Assembly: GCF_020745735.1 (NCBI RefSeq)
Contig: NW_026867526.1
Coordinates: forward strand, 908,416 to 972,415
Origin: Hemiscyllium ocellatum
Lineage: Eukaryota
Direction: 5' to 3'
Length of the DNA stretch: 64,000 nt
Shown: positions 13,240 to 23,795 of the stretch, one piece after another
Numbering within the stretch: the first letter of the stretch is position 1
Layout of the letters: the number at the start of each line of letters is the position of its first letter
Notes under the pieces: generated by a model
The model's input: the letters and a program-made list of their open reading frames with translations, nothing else
Told to the model about the DNA's origin: nothing
Database searches by the model: none
Position numbers and translations under genes: made by a program

Positions 13240-13535
13240 TCATAGAACATAGAACAGTACAGGGCAGTACAGGCCCTTTGGCCTCGATGTTGTGCTGCTC
13301 TGACATACTAATATGAAGCCCATCCCACCTACACTATTCCATGTACATCCATATGCCTGTCCAATGACAACTTAAATGTACTTAAACTTGGCAAATCTAC
13401 TACCGTTGCAGGCAAAGCATTCCATACCCTTACTACACAATCAGTAAAGAAACTACCTCTGCCATCTGTCTTATACCTCTCTCCCCTCACTTTAAAGTTG
13501 TGTCCCCCCGTGTTTGCCGTCCCCATACTTGGAAA
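13240..13535 (-). mobile_element. CR1-type LINE 3' fragment
   Basis: catagaacatagaacagtacag tail (reverse of (TTCTATG)n) and ORF 13329-13526 'FKVRGERYK..FFTDCVVRVWNALP', a CR1 RT C-terminus-like peptide. Confidence 0.75.
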
Positions 13536-13601
13536 TCAGGTCCAGTGAGCCTTCCTCACTTATCACTGCAAGGCAGAATGTTCTCTCTGGGAGGAAGGTC
13601 A

Positions 13602-13628
13602 CAGCAGCAGCAGCAGCAGCAGCAGCAG
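13602..13628 (+). repeat. (CAG)9 trinucleotide microsatellite
   Basis: Direct count of nine perfect CAG units. Confidence 0.95.
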
Positions 13629-13999
13629 CACAGGCAGGAGCTGAGCACTGGGACGGGGAGGATGGCTGTCACGGCTGAACTCCGGCCAATTGTCTGGAAG
13701 TTGAAACGTCTCATTTACAATGATCTGAATTCTGGAGGCCTCTGAAAAATGGAGGACCATTAAGGTTCAGAGACTTTGGAGTGTTACAGCTGAGTATTTA
13801 CATAAATATGATTTGAGAAATGAACAAGTAATCTTGAACTTTAATAATTATCAAACTGATACGCAGTTCACCACCAAACCTCATCTCTCAGACTAACCAC
13901 TGCACTTACTCTGCCTAGACCTAAATTTCCACTCACATTGACAAACCCTACCCTGCTATACACCCATTCATGCCCAGAACACACAAGCCCTATCACACA

Positions 14000-14690
14000 A
14001 AACACATCCAAGGCAATCCATATTGGTAGTGTAGCTGAGCAGAGAGATCTCGGTGCCCATGTACATAGATCCCTAAAAGTTGCCAGCCAGTTTGATAGAG
14101 TTGTTAAGAAGACATACATTGCGCTGGCTTTCATCGATAGAGGGACTGAGTTTCAGAACCACGAGGTTAGGTTGCAGCTGTACAAAACTCTGGTGTGGCT
14201 GCACTTGGAGTATTGTGTACTGTTCTGGTCACCACATCATAGAGAGAATGTGGAAGCTTTGGAAGAGTTCAGAGGAGGTTTCCCAGGTTGTTGTTTGGTA
14301 TGGCGGGAAGGTTTAATGAGGAAAGGATGAGGGTCTTGAGGCTGTTTTTTTTGAGAGAAGAAGGTTGAGAGGTGACTTAATTGAGACATAAAAGATAAAC
14401 AGAGGGTGGACAGTGAAAGTTTTTTTCCTTGAATAGTGATGGCTAGCAGGAGAGGACATAGATGACAGATGTCAGAGGTTGTTTCTTTACTCAGAGAGTA
14501 GTAGGGCCATGGAACGCACTGCCTGCAACAATAGTACACTCGCCAACTTTAAGGGCATTTAAAAGGTCATTGGATAAACATATGGGTGAAAATGGAATAG
14601 TGTAGGATAGATAGGCTTCAGATTGGTTCCACAGGTCAGCGCAACAGCGAGGGCTGAAGGGCCTGTACTGCACTGTAATGTTCTATATTC
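14000..14690 (+). mobile_element. CR1-type LINE 3' fragment
   Basis: ORF 13938-14330 'RDLGAHVHRSLKVASQFDRVVKK..LQLYKTLVWLHLEYCVLFWSPH' is a typical CR1 RT C-terminus; ends in gggcctgtactgcactgtaatgttctat. Confidence 0.85.
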
Positions 14691-16200
14691 CAGATGGACA
14701 TATGATCTCAATTCCTTTCAGTCATTTACACTCCTGCCACCCTGCACCTGGCCCATGGTGAATCTGGCCCTGACTGGACCTGGCACCATCATTTTCACAA
14801 CCTCTGACAAAAGCCCACTACCCAAGACATGACCTCAGCCCTTGATCACTGACCTCTCATCTTACCCAAGACAACCTGTGCACATTGCATCCTAGCTCCT
14901 TTGGCATCTGTGCTTTACAACCTACCATTTTGCCAGACTCCGAGCTTTGCATTTTGACAACACATCCACCTGTCACTTCATTCCAGTGATCTTCCACCCC
15001 CGAAACATCCTGGCACTCTGCCCACCTCTACACTAACCAGCCTGGCATCCTGCCCACTTCTCCATAAACCAGCCTGGCAAAGACAGACCTCCTGCATTTC
15101 AGCTCAAACTACCCCTCACCTACCAAGCACAATTCAACCAAATTATCCTGTGACCATTACCATTTACCTTGATGCCACCTTTTGCCAGACAGAGTGCACG
15201 CAAGCTTACCCAGCAGCCAGCCTACCAGCCTACAGCCCAAACTCTCCCACATGCCCAATCTAGCCCCTCACTTGCTCACCACCTTCCAACTTTAAGCCTC
15301 CTCCACCATAAAGTCAGTGAGTCATAAAGTCGTACAGCACAGAAACAGTTCCTTTGGTCCAGCCCATCCATGCTGACCAGAGTTCCCAAATTAAACTCAT
15401 TCCACTTGCCTGCCTTTGGCCCATATCCATCCAGACCGATCCAGTTCCTGTAGCTGTTCAAATGTCTTCTCAATGTGGGACCGATCTCTGCACTTACCGC
15501 TTCCTCTGGCAGTTCATTCCAATGTTTTGGACAGTTACAACATGAAGCCCTAACTCCTGCACTCAGTGCTGTGACCAATGAAGGTACATGTGCCAAACGC
15601 TTTCAACACACTAGGTACTTGAGACAACGCTTTCAAGAATCGATGAGTCTTGAATCTATGAATTTCTGTGGTGGAGAATTCCAGAAGAATTCACCATTCT
15701 TTTGTCGAACAGGAAACAATCAAGTTCAATGTTATCGAGTCTTCCAATGTTCTGGGAAGACTGGTGAGCAGCAAGATTAATGATGATCCCATGAATGGAA
15801 TAGCCTTCTAGAGAGGCCGAGATGCCTTCTTCAGCTTCCATTTTGCATGCTGACATGTCCCTTCGGCAGCATGTTCCAAAATTGTGATCCTTGAGGATAA
15901 GGACACACATGCATGTAAAGCTTTCCTCCAAATCAGACTTCAACTTGACTCTCAACTATTTTCCTGCCCGTTTCCTCTTCCTCAATCACAGCCATGGGAC
16001 TCACTTCCTAACAGCGCTGTGAATGTGCTAATACCACACAAACTTCAGCAATTCATATAGACTGATGACAACTGGTTTCTCAAGGCGATATAAAAAGTCT
16101 GACACTTCCACACCTGTCTAGAGATTCAAACAACCACTGGAAGAATTGAAAATTATTTGAGGCACTTGTGTGTCTACACAAGATGACATGGTTTCCTTTT

Positions 16201-16403
16201 TTAAAAATCACACAACACCAGGTTATAGTCCAACAGGTTTAATTGGAAGCAAACTACCTTTCGGAGCGACACTCCACTATCACCTGACAAAGGAGCGTCG
16301 CTCCGAAAGCTAGTGTGCTTCCAATCAAACCTGTTGGACTATAACCCGGTGTTGTGTGATTTTTAACTTTGTACACCCCAGTCCAACACCGGCATCTCCA
16401 AAT
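16201..16403. mobile_element. Palindromic Penelope-derived short element (second family) with mutated hammerhead core
   Basis: Inverted arms aaaaatcacacaacaccaggttatagtccaacaggttt / aaacctgttggactataacccggtgttgtgtgattttt; flanked by catggtttcNtttt direct repeats (16187-16200, 16404-16417). Confidence 0.65.
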
Positions 16404-16502
16404 CATGGTTTCTTTTTGTGTGATTTGACTGTGTTTTCACTGAATGAACAGAGCTATTTCTTAATCATATAATAGGAATGAAGCTTCCCTCATTTTTAGC
16501 AA

Positions 16503-16685
16503 CTGCTGAAAATGTGTTGCTGGAAAAGCGCAGCAGGTCAGGCAGCATCCAAGGAGCCCTTCCTGAAGAAGGGCTCATGCCCGAAATGTCGATTCTCCTG
16601 CTCCTTGGATGCTGCCTGACCTGCTGCGCTTTTCCAGCAACACATTTTCAGCTCTGATCTCCAGCATCTGCAGTCCTCACTTTCT
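16503..16685. mobile_element. Palindromic Penelope-derived short element with perfect 15-bp TSD
   Basis: Inverted arms ctgaaaatgtgttgctggaaaagcgcagcaggtcaggcagcatccaaggagc and their reverse complement around CTGAAGA..GAAA; cctcatttttagcaa on both sides (16488-16502, 16686-16700). Confidence 0.8.
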
Positions 16686-19449
16686 CCTCATTTTTAGCAA
16701 GGCAATCACACATTATATTTCTTGATTCCAGGGAAGTATAGTGTTAAATTAATGAAATATGATGATTGGGATGTTTCAATTGGAAATTGTCAGAGATTTA
16801 AAGCTTACTTTCATGAGCAATTAATTCCAGCCTCATTGTGTCACAGTACTCACAGGAATGTCTTTCAGAAATGGTGTCTCCCTTTGTTATGGGCAGTCGA
16901 ATCAGTAAATCTGGGATAGTTTTTGCTTGTTAAACAAAGGTGTTAAAGAGTTTTAGCCAAAGGGAGACCTGTGGATTGAGCTCACAGATGCCCCATGATC
17001 TAAGTAAGTGGTGGAACAGCTCGAGGGGCTGAGTGCCCTCCTCTTGTTCCTACCTTCCTATCATTGTGTCATTCATTAAGCTAGCACTGGCCGTGAGTAC
17101 TTTTTATTAAAATATTTCAACAAATGAATTGTTTCACACATGTTTTAAAAAAAAACTTCTGTTGATTATTTGGAACGGAATCATTGACATTCTCTATTTG
17201 ATTGATCAAAATAACTTCCACCCAATTACAGCAGCCACTGCACTCTGCAGTGTGTTGTTACTTCATAATAGTTTCTTGTGAAACTACAGCTCGAGATCGG
17301 GGCACTCAAATTCAATAATATCTCTGAACATTCGCAATTTGTTCAAATGCATCTTTTCTCTGAAGAACGTGTTTAATCGAACAGAACTTTTTTCAATGAA
17401 ACAACAAACTTTAAATGCTAGAAAACCAAAATAAAGACAGAAACTTCTGAAGAAACTCAGCAGGTCTAGCAGCTCCTGTGGAGAGAAGGCAAGGTTAACC
17501 TTTCGCATCCAGAGACCCCCTCTTCACCAAATTGTTTTCATGTTTTTGGCACAAGAGCTCACACCCGTTGAGACAAACAGTGATTCCATTGGCTTGACTC
17601 CTGTTGGAAAAAGAATTCTTAGCAGAGGTACTGGATGGTCTGAGATAGCAATGGAAGACCAACTGAAAAGCTATCACCATCTGCTGCAAATGTTGGATTC
17701 AGCGGAACCCCCACCGTACTAAGCTATCAAATTCAGCTACAGCACTGGTTTAATATTAAGTAAAACAGCCTCAGCATAATCTCATCAAATATACTTTAAC
17801 CCCGAATGAATCATTTTCAATGTATATTTGATGAGATTATGCTGAGGCTGTTTTAACCCCAAATGAATCATTTTCAGTTATAAATGATATTGTTAGAACA
17901 GCAAGCCAAAAGCTGGGATTTCTTTGAGCACTTACTCCATTAACCCCATCTAGTGATGCCCAAAAGCTTGTGAACAAATATTGATCTGGAAAAAGCTGCT
18001 AACCACCAAAATTCTGTTTAATATCTAAGAGACACAAGTCAGGACAGCGACTGAATAGATTTCACTAGCCTCTGTGAGTGGAATTCCAACAAACACCCAA
18101 ACATCTCAATCTGCTTTCTTGCATTGAAGTAACCTGATAAGAGATGGTGTTACATACCTCTCTAACAGGTTGTAAGTGAACACAGGCCACCTGGCACAGA
18201 ATCAGGGACCCTACTATAACTTCACAACAGACCTGAACACAATGAGCTCAACACTATCACGGAGAACATAGCCCACCTGTTTGACAGTATATAAACCATG
18301 TTAGTTATTAACACCTTCCCACAACCAGGGGTTGTTCCAGAATGTTTGTACAATGAAAGTAACATTTCAACATTTATCCAAGAATACTTTGACAGCAGCT
18401 CCAAATTGTTCAAACTCTATGGGAACTACAGAGGAATAAAACTAGGAATTGCATTGCCATCAATTCACTGTCACTCGATTCCAACTTCGAACTCCCTTCC
18501 TCTTTCCCCTGTGGTTGTTGCTGCACCAGACGGTCTACTGAGTTTGAAAAAGATTAAAATGTTTTGAAGTGTGATATGACCATTGCCAGTGACATTAACA
18601 TCTGATAATAGATTTTCAAATAATAAGATGCAAAAAAAAATTCTGATTCTACATTATGCCACGAAACATCTCCTGCATAACTGAGGCACAAAGAAAATAT
18701 GCAGCATATTTCCCTCTGCCTCGCACAATCAAATATCCCTTGTTGCCAACAACCAATTTCAGAACTCTTGCTCTCTGCCTTTTGTTCCTGAAACGTTTGT
18801 TCTGATTGGAACAACTTAGTCAGGGCTCTCAATTCTGAGGCACCTATTGTATTTCTGGCAGATAAAAGTGGTTTTGAAGCACGAGATGAAACTGAACTGT
18901 CTGAGATTCAGGTATCTGAACTGGACAATTTACAAATGGTCAGGACCGTTGACAAGTTAGTCAGAGATAGCACTGAAACAAACTGTACAACAGACTTAAT
19001 CCTAGAGGATACATTGCTCAACTCCTCACGTCAAATATATTCACTGTAAGTGAATATTCATCAGAAGAATTAACCAGTGGATTAATGTGAATGAGAATGT
19101 GTTCACAATGAACATAAATAACCACTGAATTAATAAACTTAATAAGTCATTGCATTTAACAAAATTATTGAGGTGGGAAATATCGCCAATTCAAGCACAG
19201 ATCTGGAAGAAATGGGTTATTCTCTAAATTATTTTTACATATTCTTAAAATGTTCCTTGAACTGTGGAAATTTTGCATGCACTGCATAAACAATACTACA
19301 TTCCAGTGTGGAAAGCATTTCTGTTGAAGGAATTAGGGCAAGGTTATTTTCTTGTTAACTGCTTTTAATGAACTAAAATGTTTAAAAAGGTGTGAATTGA
19401 AAACATGCTTCTGTCTGGAGTTGCCCACTTTAACGGATGTCTAAGTAAA

Positions 19450-19740
19450 TGTGGCACTGCTCCCTCACAGATCCAGGTACCCAGGCTCGGTTCCAGCCTC
19501 GGGTGACTGCCTATGTGGAGTTTACACAATCTCCCCTGTGTCTGTGTGGATTTCCTCCCACAATCCAAAGTTGTGCAAGTCAGGTGAACTGGTCATGCTA
19601 TATTGTCTATAGTGTTAGGTGCATTAGTCAGGGGTAAATATAGGGTAGGGGAATGGGTCTGGGTGGGTTACTCTTCAGAGGGTCGGTGTGGACTTGTTGG
19701 GCCAAATGGCCTGATACATACTGCAGGAAATCTAATCTAA
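19450..19740 (+). mobile_element. tRNA-derived SINE (HE1-like)
   Basis: gcactgctccctcacag head, ggtcggtgtggacttgttgggcc 3' part, tctaatctaa tail. Confidence 0.8.
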
Positions 19741-19988
19741 ATGATTATCACACTGAACTGATGTGAGTAGATTCCTTCTGATCACTACATTGCAATAAAT
19801 TGGTCAAGTATATTAATTAAAATAAATATGACTCTATTTTCAGTGTCTGAATAAACAATGTGCTCTGTTATCCTCTAGTTCATGTCTTCTGCAAATTTGT
19901 GAACTCTGCATTCGCCTGAACACATCGATGAAAAATGAATTCTCTGCGTTTGCAGCAACTACTCCCATGGTTTAAGAGGAGAGTTCCT

Positions 19989-20325
19989 ACAGTATGGAAA
20001 CAGGCCATTTGGCCCAACAATTCCACACTGACCCTCTGAACAGTAAGTAGCCCAACCAGACCCATTCCCCCTAATTTATATTTGCCCCTGACTAATGCAC
20101 CCTAACATACACATCCCTGAACACTATGGCTGTGCTCAATTACACAATCACCTGACCTGCACTTCTTTTAGATTGTGGTAGGAAACCAGAGCGCCCGAAG
20201 GAAACCCACTCAGACACAGGGAGAATGTACAAACTCCACACAGGCAGTCACCCGAGGGTGGAATCAAATTTGGGACCCTGGTGCTGTGAGGCAGCAATGC
20301 CAATCACTGAGCCACCATGCTGCCC
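19989..20325 (-). mobile_element. tRNA-derived SINE (HE1-like)
   Basis: Reverse-oriented match to the other copies (gagccaccatgctgccc head; ggaaacaggccatttggcccaac tail region). Confidence 0.8.
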
Positions 20326-22652
20326 TGCGAGTTCATGAGTGGATTACTTTAATTAATTCGAAATTTGGCCTTGGTCACATAACTCACTATAGCAGTTGTT
20401 TCCGGAAGAATGACTCTTCAGTTGATATTTTGTTGTAAAATGTAATTATTTATTTAAAATGCACAGATTGGGAACACCTAAAGTACTGTGCAGGTTAAAT
20501 AATTCAGTTAATGTTTTATTTTTATCCTGCAAATCCATTTTAATCAGGGACATAACAATTAATTAACTCAAGTTATGTGTGAAACTGATCAAAGCAGTGA
20601 AACTGATCTGTTCTTCATAGAATTGAGCAGAATTTCCAAACGGTCTTTGCCAATGATATTTTCCAGCCTGAAAAATATGTATGTCGTGTACAGAGGAATT
20701 GAAAGGTGTTTCTTGATCAATTATAGCACAGTCATGGCATTTTTGCTCAAGAGCAAGAACTATTAGAACATTAGACTTTTGAAATTCTATTTATATTTCT
20801 CTTTGACTTGTAAACTGTTTAAAAACAGACGGTGTGATTGAACTAGATAGTTGAGTTTTGAATTTGGATTGTAAAGCATGGATTAGATTAATCCTTAATT
20901 ATTTATTTTAAGTAAAAATGGCGCCTGAAGGTATCTGTTTTCCCTTCATTTCTAAAACCTTTGCGATTTGCCTTTCACTTAATAATAGACTCTATGAAAT
21001 TTTAACTCGCATGCTGATTGCACTGAATGAGGAAAGAGCAGTTCACTGTCACCAACCGTGTTAACATTGCAAAAACAATGTAGAAACCAGAAACAGTTTC
21101 CCAAATATAACACATTTAATGTTACCCAAGCACAGTCCCTCCTCAACAGATCAACGATCACCAGATCACAACACGGTGTGTTTGCAGCAGAACTAGCTCT
21201 GCAAACATTTTCAACAGAACCAAGAACATGATGTAACCTCACAAAAAAACCAAATTGAAGTCTAACAAAGCTGCTCAAAATCAAGCAATCTAGTGATTAA
21301 ATTGAATAGAAATAACAGGTCATAACAGCAACCTTGTTGGTGAGGGGACTTAACACTTAAAACTGTAACGTTTCTGGCAATCGTTCAATTTACTTCCAAC
21401 CTGCACACCCTTCCTGATCATGACAATCTTGTGCAGTGCACAGGAGAGTGGGGTTGAAGGCATATATTGATTAATCACTTCATGGTCAAAGCAAAATTAC
21501 TGAATGGACAAATATTACCACATTATAATTTTAAGTTAGTTTCAATTATGTAATCTGATCAATTCTGCAGTTTCAGATTTTAGTCCCAAATTTTATTTTG
21601 AATGAGGCTACTCAAAACAAAATTCAGTTAGTTTACAATTAGAACTGAGTTTTTTTAAAAAGTCAATGCATTAAAAACTCATTTTTTTTCATTTCTCACA
21701 CTTCCGGGTTTCTGCCTTAAGTTGTTTTTCAGACCGTTACAAATAGATGTAATGTTTTCAATCAAGCAGAGAAAAATGTGTCATATAAGTTTAACAAATG
21801 CAGAAATGATTCATGGAAAACAAAAGAACTTCACAAATATTGGTAATGAAAAGTATTCCAGAGAGTCAATCTCCTCACCAGAAAGAAAACACCAATTCAG
21901 AAAGCATGAAAACGCAGATCAATTTCACAAACTGAATAAGAATCCAATCAACTCAATTCAACAGAATCCAGGAAAATAAAATCAGAATCCAATCAACTCA
22001 AAACAACAGATTTGAATGAAACATCATCAGAATCCAACCAATTCAATTCAACAGAATCAAATAAAACCATTTCAAAAGCCAATCAACACAATTCAACAGA
22101 ATCAAGTAAAAACAAAGTCAGAATCTAATCAACAGAATGCAATATAGCACCTCAAGAAACTTTTATGACAGATTCTAACCTGCTTGTCATCAACAAAATT
22201 AACAAAATAAATTAGAAAATATAATCATGGTAAGAACACATATTCAGGAAATGAATAATGATATTTTAGCATATTTTAGTCATGTTTGGTAATATCTTGA
22301 ACATCTTTGAATTCTTAGGGTTTGTTGTTGAATATAAAACTCACAGTCAGGGTGTCACTGGCATTAAATATTATTTATAGCTGACTGATTAAGAGACATT
22401 AGGTGTTTCAAGTAACCCAGCCACATAGAATGTCCATCTGATTAAAAAAAAAGAGATACACCGAGCAACTGACTCCATCATCACCATTTTAACCATTTGC
22501 TGAGCCTTAACTGAAGTCTATAATCAGTCTGAACAAAACTCAATCCGAACCAAACCAAACTCAGCACAGAATCTGAGCTTCATTTAATTCAGAAATTAGT
22601 CACATGAATAGAAAGTTTTTAAAAAGTCACTAAGCAAGTTCAAAGTTCTTAC

Positions 22653-22700
22653 CTGAAGTCACTGTCACCATGGTCCCTTGGCCCCAGTAATCAAGATAGT
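22653..22700 (-). CDS. IGHJ: JH gene segment (YLDYWGQGTMVTVTS)
   Basis: WGQG motif, splice donor TCA G|gtaag at 22652, immediately preceded by a 23-bp RSS. Confidence 0.97.
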
Positions 22701-22739
22701 CACAGTGTTACATTCTCTGGACTGGGTTGCACAATAACT
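22701..22739 (+). other. JH recombination signal: CACAGTG - 23 bp - ACAATAACT
   Basis: Heptamer 22701-22707, spacer 22708-22730 (23 bp), nonamer 22731-22739. Confidence 0.95.
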
Positions 22740-23066
22740 AGCTCTGCATAAAACAATTCAAAAATCTACCATCATTTTAAATTTTCAGAACCACAGGCAA
22801 AACAAAGTCACGATAAATCTTCATCACATAATTGCGCTAGTGAATTCTGATCATTCTTGATAAATTTTAATACTGTTTTATACTTCACAGAGTAACACAT
22901 GAGCTGATTCTCAAAATTCCCAACTGGTGTATCAATAATTACCCAACCCTTTTACAAATTAAATCGTGATACTGGCATAAAACCCCACAGAACTAATGCT
23001 GCACTGCAAGTTAAGACGGTTTGTAGAAGTAATCACTGACTAGTTTCAAACAATGGAGGCTGAATA

Positions 23067-23094
23067 GGTTTTTGTATTGATCATAATTGCAGTG
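23067..23094 (-). other. D segment 3' RSS: CACTGCA - 12 bp - ACAAAAACC
   Basis: Perfect nonamer (plus ggtttttgt 23067-23075), 12-bp spacer, variant heptamer (plus tgcagtg 23088-23094). Confidence 0.85.
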
Positions 23095-23109
23095 TCACCC
23101 CAGTTATAT
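23095..23109 (-). CDS. DH gene segment (15 bp, ATATAACTGGGGTGA), D2-type with 12/12 RSSs
   Basis: Short segment flanked on both sides by 12-bp-spacer RSSs, lying between V and J. Confidence 0.9.
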
Positions 23110-23137
23110 CACTGTGAGACACGTTGTGTCAAATACT
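23110..23137 (+). other. D segment 5' RSS: CACTGTG - 12 bp - TCAAATACT
   Basis: Heptamer 23110-23116, spacer 23117-23128, nonamer 23129-23137 (6/9 match to consensus). Confidence 0.85.
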
Positions 23138-23440
23138 ATGACAGACTGTAAACTGTAAAATGCAAATAATTTCTTCACTTCCCAGAAAGCAGTGATTCAG
23201 ACTCCTCTAAAAATGATTTGGTGCATTATTTCAGCTTTTACTATTCATTGTATTTTGAAAGCTTGGAATACTTTTCCAGGTTTGGTCTGCATTTAACTTG
23301 ACAATCAACACGAAGAAGGTAGAAAATAATTCTACATTTGTACAAACTAGCCCGACTGGATTGTGTTTAAATTGCATCTCACATTATTTCTCGCTCCTGC
23401 CACGGTAGAAATCACCAATTTGAGATAAATCCTTGTCAGT

Positions 23441-23478
23441 GGTTATTGTATGAGGATGTCGCTGTGCACTGCACTGTG
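23441..23478 (-). other. RSS downstream of V(-D1): CACAGTG - 22 bp - ACAATAACC
   Basis: Heptamer plus cactgtg 23472-23478, spacer 23450-23471 (22 bp), nonamer plus ggttattgt 23441-23449. Confidence 0.9.
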
Positions 23479-23795
23479 ACCCACTGTGTCTGTTGCACAG
23501 TAATAGATGGCGGTGTCTTCGATCTTCAGGTTAGTCATGTCCAACGAGAAAATGTTGTTTGAAGTGTCTTTGGACGCAGTAAATCGACCCTGAATCGCTG
23601 GTGCATAGTAATTGCTGCTGGATGAACTATAGTAGCTAACCAGCCACTCCAGACCCTGGCCGGGAACCTGGCGGACCCAGTACATCCAGTCACTGCTGAG
23701 ATCGAACCCGCTGGTTTTACAGGTCAGTTTCAGGCTGCCGTCGGGACGGCCAGTCTCTGCCTCTGGCTGGGTCAAAACAATCTCCGACTGGACAC
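23479..23795 (-). CDS. IGHV: VH exon (end of leader plus V domain), ending in an extra 9-10 nt interpreted as a joined D1 remnant
   Basis: (C)[105 protein letters not shown]; canonical Cys/Trp/YYC and no stops; acceptor tttttcaaag| at 23796. Confidence 0.97.

Noticed and set aside
23460-23466. Third heptamer-like CACAGCG as a 12-bp RSS
   Set aside because: The spacer to the nonamer is only 10 bp.
23482-23488. Proximal CACAGTG as the functional V RSS heptamer
   Set aside because: The 9-mer after a 23-bp spacer is CATCCTCAT (no match), and the real nonamer is 32 bp away.
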